Below are positions 51,459 through 64,000 of a stretch of 64,000 nucleotides of DNA, in pieces; within the stretch, counting starts at the first letter, position 1; the number at the start of each line of letters is the position of its first letter. This stretch comes from Massalongia carnosa (taxonomy: Eukaryota), in contig OZ287072.1 of the NCBI GenBank assembly GCA_965645245.1, forward strand, positions 1,240,001 through 1,304,000, read 5' to 3'. The position numbers and the translations under genes are program-made. The notes beneath the pieces were generated by a model that had not been told where the DNA came from, searched no databases, and saw only the letters and a list, made by a program, of their open reading frames with translations.

Positions 51459-52167
51459 CTAGCCGCGACTGTACGGTATGCAGCAGTGATTTGTGGGTAG
51501 GAGAAGCTGGCTTCAAAATTGCACCTAGCGAACCTACTCCGCCTGCCCTATTTGAAGACACTCATAGGAACTAAATAGAGTTCCTCCCACATGATTACAC
51601 AGTAATGGCACTCGTCCAACAAGGACTAGCTACTTCGCTCGGTTTGGAGAGAATCGCAGAAAGGACAACCTGCTATGACTCTTAAGCCGAAGCCGAAGCC
51701 CAAGCCAAGGCCCTCCCCGGCGGTGAGTTAGAGTTCTACTGCTGAATCTATAGGATGTTAATCTCGGAGCAGGCATCAACCAAGGTCGCAGGTGATTCGG
51801 TCGTCACCCTGGGTTTCAATGGCTAAAAGTCCAGAGAATGCCAGCTTGGTAAAAGACAGACGGTGAAGTCCTGGCTACTGACTAGATTGAATAGCCTACG
51901 GTAGATAGTCTGTTCGTTCTCCATGCTCTACGGGACAGTCCAAATCCAACAAGTAACAACCTCATGCATTCAAGACTGAGTAATCCCAACCTTGAAGCCA
52001 TGAAAAGCCCCTTAACGTGCTTCCCCGGCACTAGCAGCCGTAAAGGAGAAGTAAAGCGGAGGAGGCGCCGATAAGAAACGCCGCATTCCCCCCCACATTT
52101 CGGCTCTTCCATCTTTCCTACAAACATCTTAACAACGTTCTTGATATGCTTCATGAATCACCAAACC

Positions 52168-53286
52168 ATGACTCCCTCACCTCACAGCAGCGGGAACTCT
52201 ACTCCTGCGGATTCCCAACCCCACGGCCCATCCTCATATCTCTCCTACCCCGTCTCCCACGTTGTTTCCGGCCTTTACCGCCGCCTCACCGAATCCTCCC
52301 CCACCCCTCCATCCCAATTCCAGCAACATCAAAAGCCTGCTCCTCCACCGGCAGCGCTCCACGCCTCAAACGGCGTCTACACCCCTCCTCATCGCACCGC
52401 ATCACCGTTTCAACCCCCACCCCTCACACCCCTTGCCCTTGTCGGCTTTGACCCTTCTACCGCGCCCTCGGCGCAAGTCCTCTCCCGTGCGCTCGCGGAG
52501 GAAATCCGACTGCTCATTCCGCCTCGGCTGCAGCTTGCGGACACATGGACTTTGACCTATAGCCTTGAGCAGGACGGCGTGAGCCTAGCGACTCTATACA
52601 ACAAATGTGCGTCGCCCGATCTGCACAAAAGCAGCTCCTTTGTTCTTGTGGTCCGCGATGCCGCTGGCGGTGTAAGTTAGCAGTTCTTCTTCAAACCTAT
52701 ACAATGCCATTTCACCCCGACCTCAGCAACAGAACTAATACCCTATCCTCTTTCCTGTAAACAGATCTTCGGCGCCTACCTAACCGACCCTCCCCGCCCC
52801 TCCCCCTCTTTCTACGGCACAGGCGAATGCTTTCTCTGGCGCGCCTCCCTCCTCCCCTCGACCTCCCTCCTCTCAATTTCCCTTCCCCCTCCCCCTTCAG
52901 CACCCACCACCGCCTCCCTACCGCGCAGTACCACAATCGCTAGCCCACCTAATTACTCAGACCAACCCTCACCGAACCAACCCCACGTCAGCCATCCAAA
53001 CCACCATCCCTACCAACCCCCAAACCTGCAACTCCCCCTGCCTCCTCCTCCTTCTCTCCTCCGATTCAAAGCCTTCCCTTACAGCGGCATAAACGACTAC
53101 CTGATCTTCTGCCAGCAAAGCTACTTCAGCATCGGCGGCGGCGACGGACACTACGGGCTTTGGCTCGATGGGGTGCTGGAGCGGGGGGTTAGCAGCGCAT
53201 GCTTGACGTTCGGTAACGAGGGGCTTAGCGAAGAGGGGGAGAAATTCGAGGTCGTGGGAGTGGAGGTTTGGTGTGTGGGAGGATGA
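52168..53286 (+). CDS. OXR1: Oxidation resistance protein 1 (TLDc domain); the start may be 52153
   Basis: LAEEIRLLIPPRLQL..W.L.YSLEQDGVSLATLY; after the intron IFGAYL, FYGTGECFLW, FKAFPYSGINDY, SIGGGDGHYGLWLD, CLTFGNEGLS, FEVVGVEVW. Confidence 0.92.
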
Positions 53287-53696
53287 TATATATTTAGGGG
53301 GAGGGGGAGGGGGGGGGGCGTCGCAGATGAAGGAAGATGAGGTTTAAGGAGGTTTCGGCAGCGGCGCATGTGTGCAAAATCACCCTAGAGGAAGGGTTCC
53401 CGCCAAAGGGAACGCGGCGAAAGGAGTCATCCGCAGAATCTTACTATAGGGGGATTTCGGCAATCCATCCCCCCACGTGCCCCCCAAAAAAAAGGGGGGA
53501 GGGGGTCCGAGCACCAGTCTCCCTTCTCCTCTCTCAAATCGCCCCTCCTCTTCTTTCCCTTCCCCTTCCCTAAAACACACACAAGGCCCCTGAATCGAAA
53601 TTTCGCGGGAAGGTTCCTGTCCACAAATTCACACGCACAGAAACACTTGAGCCCCTAGACAATCCAGTTTCCCTTGCAGAGCACATATTTCAGTAT

Positions 53697-53735
53697 GGGT
53701 AGGTGGGTAGGTAGGTAGGTAGGTAGGTAGGTAGG
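53697..53735 (+). repeat. (GTAG)n tetranucleotide microsatellite
   Basis: Run of ggta/gtag units in the convergent OXR1-VID27 spacer. Confidence 0.9.
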
Positions 53736-54094
53736 CTAATCGGAAATAGCAACTACTCATAATTATATACATATTAATTCCCCTCCCCCCCGGGACTACT
53801 ATGCGTTCAAAAAAGGTGTATGGGATGCCATGGAGTGGGAAGGGGGGGGGGAAAGGAGTGAAACCCGGACAAGGCTTGGCGAAAGTCTTGATGCCCTTCC
53901 TTGAACGGCCTTCTCATTAAAACCATGTCATAGCCTGAAGTTCCATCATCATATCATTACCCGCAATCATCATCGTCACCATCATCCCCCCCTCCCCCCT
54001 TTGCTTAAGGCTATTCCATCCTAACTCCTATCCGCGATCATCCCCGCTTCCGCCGTGCGTCTCTGCTAACCCCCCCCAATCCACAGCATGATGC

Positions 54095-56664
54095 TCAATA
54101 AGGCGAATAAACAACTTCCTCCCTACCTAGCCTGCCACTCCCGCTGGCTCTTGTACTCCCAACCCTCGCAGGCGTCGCGATACTCTCCCTTGTGGCCTTT
54201 TTGAAGCTTTGCTTGGCAACCATGTCCACCTGGTTCGGCAGCGCCACGATGACGTTCTTATCCGTACCGAACTTGAAGTCGTCGGCTTTGACTTCTTCTT
54301 CGTAGCGCTTGATGATGTAGGGGTCCTTGTGGTACTCCCGCACGCACTTGAGACTCCATGTAATGATAAAGGGTCCTGTCGCTGTGATGATCGAGGTCTC
54401 TTTGTTATCAAGGCCCGTATTGAAGCGCGCCGGCGTGAACGCGAGTGGGGCCTTGGTCTCGTACTGAAATTGAGCAACGTGTGACGGCTGCAGCCCTAGG
54501 CGCCGCGGCTGTGGTTTCGAATCCTTGGCAAATGACCGCTCGAAGCCAAGTTTACCTTCGTTCTTGCCTTCCTTTTGAAGTGCGTCGATGAGAAGGAGGT
54601 AGGTTCGGCAGGTGGCCAGAACCCAGCGACCGTCCGCGGAGACGTCAAGGCCGATGATGGGTTCGCCGAGCGCGGGAATGGCGGTTTTGGCGCGCAAGCC
54701 GAGCTTGTCAAACATGCGGATGTCACCCTTGTCCGAAGCCACGGCGATGTAACCTTTCTCTGTAGTGGCAGCAACGGAAAATGCATTCTTTGAAGTGTAC
54801 TGTTTGAGATCCGAGTCCACGAGTTTATTGCCGGAGAGGCGAGGGTCGATACGGTAGAGGGCATTGTCCGAGATACCCAGGAATGTTTGTTCGGCGGTCA
54901 TTTGGGCAAATTTCTAGGAGGCATGTTAGATTTGCGGCAAATTAGTTTGCCTATGGGTTGGATGACATACTTTATCGGGAACAAATGTTTTCACAGCAAT
55001 ATCATCATGGATCTTCCATTCGTCAACGACTTTACCGTATTCAAGATCCATACGATATAAAGAATGAGGGTCGTTTTCGTTCTGAAGAATCATGTTTGAG
55101 TCTTCAGCATGAAGCATCACTTTCTTCGGACTAAAGAGCTTTCCCCCAGGCGTCTCCACTTTGGAGATATTGGTCGAAAATTCCAAGTTATTATTCGGAG
55201 TATGTTTGAAAACGCCAATCATGGGTCCTCGAACGACAAAGGATCGATCGTGTTTGTAGCCAACAGCTAACTGCGAGTTGACATTTCCATCATTAGGCCG
55301 AACATCGACATCGTCCTCGGACTCATCAGTGTCGTAATGCTCGCTTTGTTGGCCATCATCTTCAACTTCTTCAACATCCTCTTCCTCCTCCCCTGTTTCA
55401 TCTTCCCGTTCTTCCATTGTGAGATCCTGAAAAGCATCTAGAACATACTGTCTGTCGTCATCAGTAGTCTTCTTCCATTTTGTCTCATTTAATTGCTCCC
55501 AAAGGGCCTGCATCAGACCCTCCTGAAACCGCTCCTCTGTTTCTTGACTCTTGAATCGGAGCAGCCAAGAGTAGGCCGAGCCGTCATCCGTATAATGGTT
55601 GAAGATGAACGACAAATATTCGAAATTGAAGACCGGGTTAATGTCAGCAACGACCGGCTGTCCAAGCCAGTCTTTCTGGCTACTAGCTATATGTAGCCAA
55701 TACTCCCATCGACCAATCTCAGAAACGGTAGCCACAATAGATGGATCTTGTAGGATGAAGGATCCTGTTTGCAAATCAAACAAATGGAGCTCAGCTTGTT
55801 CCTTGGTAAGGATCTCCAATTCCTTGGGAGTTGCAGTCGGGGGTGGTGCTACCGTAGGTAAATTCTCCCGTACTGGAGCCTTTATATTCCTAGACCTCTT
55901 TGATGTGGTGTCTTCTCTTGATTTCGGCATTTTTGCTTCTGGTAAGGGATTCGGGAGTCTTAGACTTGGGGATGGAAAGGCTTTTACAAGAGGACTTGCT
56001 ATCGGACTGGCGCTCGGTATTGGCTGCTCAGTGAAATTGAATTGCTGCAAATCTGCTTCCGTTGCAGTCTCGTTTGACTTTCGTGTCTTTCTTTCGTACT
56101 GACACTTCACAGCCACCAGCTCGAAGGTGCCTACTTCTCCAGGTGTGATCGAAGGATCACACACAAATTCGTAGAGATCACCCGGATCGCCGCTTAGATC
56201 TCGCCATGCGAGGACCTTCTCCCCGCCTTCTCTTATTTCCGATCGGAAATGTAACCCTTGATCGAGCAAAAAGATCTTCTCGTCCTTTTCAGCGCCCAAA
56301 TTCTCCGTATCACCATCTTCGCCAGCTTCGTCTGCAAGCAATTCCTCTTCGCCCTCTTCGTAGGCACGCTGAATAACTAATTGGTATTGAAACTCTTGCC
56401 CCGTACGCCTGATGCTGGCTGCAGCGTCTTTAAAGATAAGCTCTGAATAGCCTTTGGGTGACAAAGGTCGAACTAGGTAGAGCTGGCCTTGAGGAATCTC
56501 AATGATAGACTCTTTTGAGGCATCACCGAAGAGGTATTTGGTTACTGAATCGAAAGCGCCATCGTTAGTCAGTAAGTGAAGGTTATGTGAGCGAATGCGG
56601 GGACGAAAGCGCTCCGCAGGAAACATCGGGACTTTTGCGACCTACCGTTCCTGAGCATGAACAT
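54095..56664 (-). CDS. VID27: Vacuolar import and degradation protein 27
   Basis: MFMLRN exon; IEIPQGQLYLVRPLSPKGYSELIFKDA; NSQLAVGYKHDRSFVVRG; LYRMDLEYGKVVDEW; NALYRIDPRL; two introns. Confidence 0.93.
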
Positions 56665-56993
56665 TTTGCTCTGATTCCTTATACTCTTGCAATGTAATCA
56701 GTTAAAACGGTGCGGACGAGAGTGTAGACCATTGAGACTTCTTTTACATAGCTAGTCACAACGTTTGTTTTCTGTTTGTCAAAAAAAAGATTCCGGTGAA
56801 ACTGTCCCGCAGAAAACAATCTATTGTGGCGTGCAAAGCGAGCACAGCCACATACGCCACATTTGGCATATCGTCGGATTTTAGATGCCCGACCCGTACA
56901 TTCACCTGTGATCCAATCGGCTGAGCCGATCAACTATTCCCAGCTGACTCGGCTTTTATAAAGCCTAATCCGCTCTTTTCAACCCTTCCTAAC

Positions 56994-57527
56994 ATGTCTC
57001 GACCGCCCGCCAATCTCTGCGGCGTCGTCGTCTCCGCCGGCAAAATGATGAAGGCGGTAAAAGTCCGTTCCGCAAAACAAGTCTACAACTCGTTCCTGAA
57101 GAAGGTAACCGTACTCTCAATTCATTTCTCCTCCTTGAGCTATCTTCCCCCTTCCTATAGATAGATTTCTTTTTCCCTTAAGCTTACTCAAGTCCCTCTG
57201 GATCAGCATTTCTTAACCTACCAATCCCACCTCGTCTCCGACCCTAACTCCTCCCTCCGCCAAGGCGATGTAGTACGGTATACACACTGCCCGCGTGTAA
57301 GCCGGCATATCCGACACATAGTAATGGAGATTTTGACGCCATGGGGTCCGCCGGTGGAGGAGAGGCCACGAATTTTGACGGAGGTGGAGAGATTGCAGAA
57401 GCATGTAGAGAAGCGGGAGATGAAGCTAGAAAGGAGGAAGAAAAGGCTAGAGGGTGGGGAGGATATGGAAGAGGTGAGAAACCAGGCGATGAGTAAGAGC
57501 TTGCGAGATCATGAGTTTAAACACTAG
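56994..57527 (+). CDS. MRPS17: Mitochondrial ribosomal protein uS17m
   Basis: GVVVSAGKMMKAVKVR...FLKK / HF....HLVSDPNSSLRQGDVV...RVSRHIRHIV.EILTPWGPPVEERP; one intron (GTAACC...CAG). Confidence 0.85.
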
Positions 57528-57690
57528 CTCTGGGAGGAGGCATGTACCTATTTCAAACTCGGTGTCGGGTGTTTGAGGGAAGGGCGCTAAAGTGACGCAA
57601 CTGGGATAGATGTTGATCCGGCACGATTTCACAAGCATTTTTGTAGATATTTGCAGAGCACTGTTTATTTTTCATTCATTTCTTATCTCT

Positions 57691-60009
57691 CTAATCGACT
57701 TCGCTGTCTTCCTCGCTTTCTTCTTCTTCGGCTTCATTCAGGAACCTGATGAAGGGTCCTGTCAGAGCCCTGACGCTTGCCAAGTCAGCCGCCTGACTTC
57801 GGTTATCCTCCCACCACTGCAGGACACCATCTTCCTCCACAACCTCGAGCTCATAGGATTCCTTAGCTACGAACAACATGATGCTTTCCCCCTCGGCTCG
57901 GCCTACAAGTTCCTTTTGCACCAAGAGCAAGAAATCGACTTGATCTAGCTTTTTGTCCTCATCTTTGTCGAAGATGTTCCGTTCGATCAGAGACTTGTAT
58001 GTCTTGAATAGCTCTGTTACAGATTCTTCCGGACTCAATGCATTGCGGTCGGATAAGGCACCACCTCCCACGAGACTCGATATCCTCTTTATGAGCGCAT
58101 CCACAACCGCATGACGCACCTCATGCGGATTCGCATCTACCGCCATACGATAGCTATTCAGTTCCAGAAGTATATTTTCTGGCAGGTCCCGTTTTTGTAA
58201 CCCATCCAAAACGCTAGCAGTTGCTTCCAGGTGGAAATCACGGTTTTTCGCGGTATCTTCAGAATGATCGGAGGGAACGCTGCTGCGTCGGGAGCTAGTG
58301 GGGAGTAATTCGTATGCATCTGAATCGGATTTCAGCGTCGATATGGAAGAATCAGAAAGACTTGCTGCTGGAATGTGATAAATAAGGTCTGAAGAAGTTG
58401 TACTGGAGGTGTCGGAATCTTCATCTTCGAAAGGGGTGGAATATGAGTAACCCTCTCCATCTTTTCCAACAATATTGAGATCTGCTGGCGTACCATTTTC
58501 GACGTCCTTTCGTTTCGCTCGAGTTATTTTGCTGGTCCCCAGAATAGTTGTACCATTCGCAATGCGTACTCCAAAAGAAACGAGCGCTCCTGGCTCTATC
58601 TTACAATTCTTCCCTATTACAACATCATTTGCAATGATGGCCTGATGTACCGAAGACCCCTCACCAACAGTCACATCATCCCATAAGTATGATTTGTCAA
58701 TGGTGACGTCTTTTCCAATTCGGCATCTCCGGCCCAAGACGCTATCGCCCACGACACTCCCATCCGCAAGGCTTGTTTCTTGGCCTAGTACACTCCTGCT
58801 CTTCACTACACTTGTTCTTGCTAATGTCACTCCCTCCTCTTCATATATTTTCCCTCTTCCAAAGCGATAGCTCTGACCTCTCACAAGATTACTATCCGGA
58901 CAAAGTGGATATGTCCAACGGTTTATAATATCTTTAGTGACTGCGTCATAGGCTCTTAAACTTTTCACCCTTGCTGCATACTGATCCGCCACTACGTAGG
59001 TGTGTATGGTTTTCCCAGTCAACTCGTAATCCTTCAATACTTCGGACAAAAAGCTTTGACGCACCGACTGGTAGTCAAAATTATCACTCCATAAGCCCAG
59101 GACGTCTGGAGTACAAATATCGATATAGCAATCGATTAAATCTTCTCGGACCTCCAGTTGGCTATGTATTTTGAATATCTCTGGATCAAGCTTGATATAT
59201 CTGTCGTGCTTCCCCCGGCGGCCTAACTCCTCGTAGTGCACACATCTTTCGCAGTCAGGATCTATCACAAAGACTGGTCTTCGCCCTGTGCTCTTAGTAC
59301 GATGCTCCGGCCCTGCTTCCCGAAGGACCATGGTCATTATGGCATCCCTGCTTTTCTCGCGTCGAGCTCGATGCTTGGCGAGAGCAGGTTCAAGTGAGAT
59401 ATTTGACAACACATCACCTGAAACAAGGAGAAAGTCACCGGTCATAAGGCCACGCTTGTCGAGATCGCGCATAACATCGCCGACTGAGCTTGCATATATC
59501 TTGAGGAGCGTGAGGCTTCGAAAAGGAGAGGAAGACAGCCTCCACTTGGAGGTACTGAACGATAAATGAGTAAATGAGTAAAGAGCACAATAGCAGCGTA
59601 TAAATCAAGATTTCAGCAGATGGAGAATTACCCGATATAATCCTCGACTTGTTCTGTATGAAGACTGCAATAAAGAAAGATATCTTGGACCCCTGCGTTG
59701 GCGAGAAACTCGAGTGTGTATTCAATCAAAGGGGTGTTTGCAAGCGGAAGGAGGCACTTTGCCACAATAGACGAGTTAGATCAGACTTGAGAACTCTATT
59801 AAAAACCTACTCTCGGACGTTCAAGGGTGAATGGTGAGAAGCGTGTCTCGAAGGAATCAGCCAAAACCTGCATGCGGTAGTATCAGATTACGGCAACGAC
59901 TTTGACAGGCGAGGCGGAATGAACTCACAACGGCCTGCAACGATTCTTCTCGTTGGTCTTCTTGGGCCTTTGGCTTGAGTTTTCCTGTTTTGGAGGCTTT
60001 GGGCGCCAT
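57691..60009 (-). CDS. GCD6: Translation initiation factor eIF2B subunit epsilon
   Basis: LQAV / VLADSFETRFSPFTLERPR / CLLPLANTPLIEYTLEFL; GDFLLVSGDV; DCYIDIC; left-handed beta-helix repeats; C-terminal W2 domain (LELNSYRM, LQWW, FLNEAEEEESEED). Confidence 0.95.
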
Positions 60010-60739
60010 AATTGAAGTAACGCTCTTAAGTAGACACAGCGATCTAGATGGGTCGTTTTGGACTTGGCCACCTATTGTTGTCTCGCAATCAAAAATCCGA
60101 GTTTAACTAATATACGTCTGAGCACGAATAGCACGCTATATGTAAGGCTAGAGCCGAGAACTTCACAAGGCTGGACTTGAGATCGTGGAGAAAGTCTAGG
60201 TGCACCGTTGTAAGAGTCTAGATTAGAATCCTATTGTATCCACCACCAGAATTGAAGTTCTTAAATCAACCTCCTCTCATTAGTTTTTGAACGGCACACT
60301 CCGTAAATAAGTTTTAATGTCCTATAAACACCCAAAGGATCCGAAATTGCAGCCAGCTTGCCATCCATTTTGCATCAACTCGTCGACCTACAGCTAAAAC
60401 CATCAAATATGAGACTTCCCAGACGTATTCTCCTGAACCTCTGCTTAAGCCCTCAATACCATACTCTAACCTTCATGCGGTCGCTAATCTAACCACCGCG
60501 CATTGACCTCGAGAGCTCGTAATAGAACGCGCAGTCCTACGATACTTGTTCAAGGCATTTGCAGACGAGGTCCTTCAAACCTAGCACATCTCTCAAAAAG
60601 CTTGGCCTTGTCTCCTCCCTTGTGACCATCATGTCGACTCCAAAATCGCCTGCGATAGGTCGAACCACGATAAGAATAAAAACAGTGATAACTCAACATT
60701 GAGTATAGATTAGAGAAAGTTTTACTACAAAGCGAACAT

Positions 60740-62950
60740 TTAAACCGGCCTGCCTCGCTGTATCTGGTTTAAAGGCAAAGGATTTTGTTGGGTATACATC
60801 CGTTGACGTTTTGAATCATTCGTAATGTCATCACTACCCGTCAGTTCGGATATCTGTCTTCGATGTTGCGTCTGTCTTGGCGCACCGATGGGGGTTTGGG
60901 GGGGTTGATATTGTAATGAATTATGATCAATGCCATAAGGAGGTTGAGCCGGTACCGGTTGCATAAAATGGCTCGGTGGGGCCGCGTGAGTCGGGGTGAT
61001 ACCCGGAAACTGTCCAGGCGAATGCCAGGTTGAAATTGTGGACGGCGACTGGGTGGGAGAGTTTTCATCCTTGAGCGATTGGGTCGCAGAGCTTTGTGGC
61101 ATAGACGAAGATGTCTGCGGCACCAAAGCGTCCATCCCATCGGGGATCTTTTTGAGGTGGCCCAGATGCTTTTCCAGCATGTGCAAAAGGCCTTCCTTCG
61201 TAAAGGGTTTGGGAAGCACATCATTCATTCCTTTCTTGATCAGATCAGATCACAGCGTATGAATTGTCAGGGCCTTACCATGATGGAAATACATCGAAAT
61301 ATCATCGCTACGAATATTCGAAGTCATGGCAATGATGGGTGTATGGTCGAATTGCCGTATCAGATGGCAGGCTGAAACGCCGTCCAGATTTGGCATGATA
61401 ATATCCATTAGCACAAGATCGTACTTTGAACCAGCATTCATTTTGTTGACAGCCTCCAGACCATCAAACTAGTTTAATTAGTACCTATCGTATGATTAGC
61501 TCCATGGGAATAGCTTACAGCGCTATCTATAGCACAACGAAACGAGTACAGAAACTTTCCTCCGATCCTTCGACAGGTCGGGTCGTCCTCGACAAGTAAA
61601 ATCTGAGGCGCCCTGATCCAGCCAGGATCCACTTGGGTGCTTTTCTTCCGTCCGTCGATGACGGGTCTTCGAGCATCCAGAACTTCGTGATCTTTCGAGG
61701 GCATAGGATATGGAATATTGTGGACATGCTCACTATACATGGGATCAATACCATTGCTCTGCCCAACGGGATAGACGACAGCTTCTTGTTCTACGTGCAG
61801 TTTGGCATAGGCCATCGAAGAGCTTGAAGCAGCCGAGGTTGGCGCTCGCGGTTGATCATTCCGCAGCGTAGTATCCGGAGGGGGAGTCGACATTGAACCA
61901 TTAGCCCGATTGTGCAGGTCAGACATGTACTCGAGGTTCTTATAGTTTAGCTGAACATCAGCGTTAAGATCACTCAGCAGTTTCGACGCATTTTGCAACG
62001 GTGAAGCAGGTTCGTCTTCTAAAGGCGTGATCTGTTGATGTGTTGAATCTATTTGGCCTGAGGTTGTGTTAGTATGCTCCCCGTTCGCAAATGATCCCCC
62101 AACTCTGCTATCACGCCGATGTCTCGCATCCACCGAGTGCAAGAAGCTCATGACGTTTTGCATTACATGTTCGTGATTGACGACTTGTTTTTGGACGACT
62201 ATTAGCTCCTGCATAAGTACCGTATGGCGGACGCTTATCTCCTGGTATTTATCTTGTAACTGTTGCAGTTGTTGTTGCGTGGCTACCAGCTGTGTGTTTA
62301 CCAAGTCCATCTGCTGTGTGGGCATTGCATCGTCCACGATTTGGGTAGGTTTTCGAGGCGCTGGAGCTTTGCGACGGATATTATCCAGTGAGTCTTTGTT
62401 GTTTGCCTTGAACTCTGGATGTTTGAATTCCCATGCCTAAAGCAATTAGTGTCTGATCCGTCATTCTCGTGGTGACCAAGTCATCAACCTACCCCCGATC
62501 CATACGGTGATTGACCGCTCTCTTCATTATTGTGTCGGACTTTGTGGAAATCGTATTTGTTAAGCTGCCGCACGAAACTCGCGAAATTGCTATGCTTGAA
62601 ATGTTTAGGAAGAATGGCTTTGGTAAACCGTTCGTTCTGCGCAATGTATCAGGCTTCCGCGGGTTGGTCATGCCACGGCCCGTTGTTTCCTACCTCCAGG
62701 ACCACGAAACTATCCCCCTCATCACCCCACCTCACAACCGACGAGTATGTCGGGTCCTCGAGCATTCTAGAACTGCCATCAGCATGACATTCGCCCACGT
62801 ATCAAACAGTTACATGGGGGGTCTACTTGTAGAGTTTCCGAACCTGTCCTGCAATGAGTTTTTTAAACCTGGGACGTAACAGAGTTGGCAACTCACAAAA
62901 TCACTGGAACTATTCGCGCCCACGGCGCCAACACCCTGGCTACCATCCAT
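60740..62950 (-). CDS. SKN7: Response regulator transcription factor Skn7/Prr1 (HSF DNA-binding and receiver domains); alternative in-frame ATG at 62968
   Basis: NSSDF / VRKLY / RMLEDP...[74 protein letters not shown]. Confidence 0.95.
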
Positions 62951-64000
62951 CTTATCGTCAAAGTGCATTGGGATGACGGACTATGAGAGGTTGAGAATTG
63001 AAGAGGGTAGCGCACAGAAAGGCAGTCATGGCAGTGTCCTGGCCAAGGGCCAAAGGAGCATTGAATTCCTTACCAGACTCGAAGAGGCAAGATGCGCGGG
63101 GACTGCAACCTCGAAGCCTTGTTCCGTTTTTTCTCTTTTCACAAAGACTTTACCAACTGGACTACTCTGTAGAAAGCTACGGATTACAGAGTACCATCTC
63201 GTTTCAAAGATGTTTATATTTCCACGTCTATGATGCCTTTCGCACGCCTGCTCCGCCGTGCTCAAGAAGTCCCGCTTCCGATACCCGTTCGCAAAGTGGA
63301 CTTGAATGAGCGTGTCACCGCTGATTTGGGTCTATGTTCCCCCCAGTAATCCTGGAGACTAAAGGTTTCGAGGGTTTGGTTCGTAAATCGTAGCTCGTAA
63401 AAGCCGCATACTCTCCATGCCAGATATCCGACCTAACTCAGATGAGAAACATCATTGGCGGAGAATCTAAAGAACAAGCTTGGATCTTGTCCCTGCCCGC
63501 GCCACTCAGGATGATTCCCGAAGCAGCTAACGTTAAGGTATGTAGGAACCTAGGACCAAGTACGGGAGACCAGAAGCTGCCGACGAACTGAACGTGTTTA
63601 ACTTTTTAACCTCCCATGACGAGTAACTTTATCGAAACTGTCAATTGAAAATCAAAACCAAACTGTCACCAAGCAATGATTACTCCTCATGGCCCAGTTG
63701 GCTTCTGTTGCTGCAGCGTTAGTGGGGTCCACTGAGGAAGCATTGCGCATATTGAACAAATGTCCAGAGAAGCGTGCTCCAAGAGATGTGGTCCTTTTTG
63801 GTCGATGGAATGCATGACACTTCTGCGGGTTGCCAGCCTATCGCGTTGTGGAACAAGATCCAGTATCGGTCTAGCTGAGTCCCAAAGAGCACAGCAGCGG
63901 TCGATCAGCGCCTCATCAAGCGCTAACAGCATTGCACATGCGTTAACGTTTGCGCATGCTCCCTGCTCACCACTCACCTCTCGTGCTATGTGTTTCTTCT

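Noticed and set aside
63687..63977. 96-aa minus-strand ORF at the window edge
   Set aside because: Non-ATG start and no recognisable motif. Cannot be judged without the flanking sequence.

Overview
Gene-dense, intron-containing nuclear DNA from a filamentous ascomycete (Pezizomycotina; a finer taxonomic call is not supportable from sequence alone). It holds about 23 protein-coding genes, mostly housekeeping: RRP14/SURF6, a GH18 chitinase, ARI1, GPI1, MSH2, CHL1, RPL28, CDC7, YCS4, MAK3, LRO1, MSN5, NDUFA13, TRM10, OXR1, VID27, MRPS17, GCD6 and SKN7. One complete Fot1/pogo-type DNA transposon is present (43-bp TIRs, TA target duplication, one nonsense codon in the transposase). The most interesting observations are: (1) a spliced 92-codon membrane-protein ORF whose TGA lies 18 nt upstream of, and in frame with, the GPI1 start (bicistronic or readthrough candidate); (2) a candidate ACG-initiated, NLS-bearing N-terminal extension of ARI1; (3) a G-U-rich double-hairpin candidate ncRNA at about 11.35-11.6 kb; (4) a possible telomerase-RNA-like locus at 42-44 kb (speculative). 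All gene identities come from recognising motifs by eye, and exon boundaries were read manually from GT/AG and branch-point signals; no database search was run.
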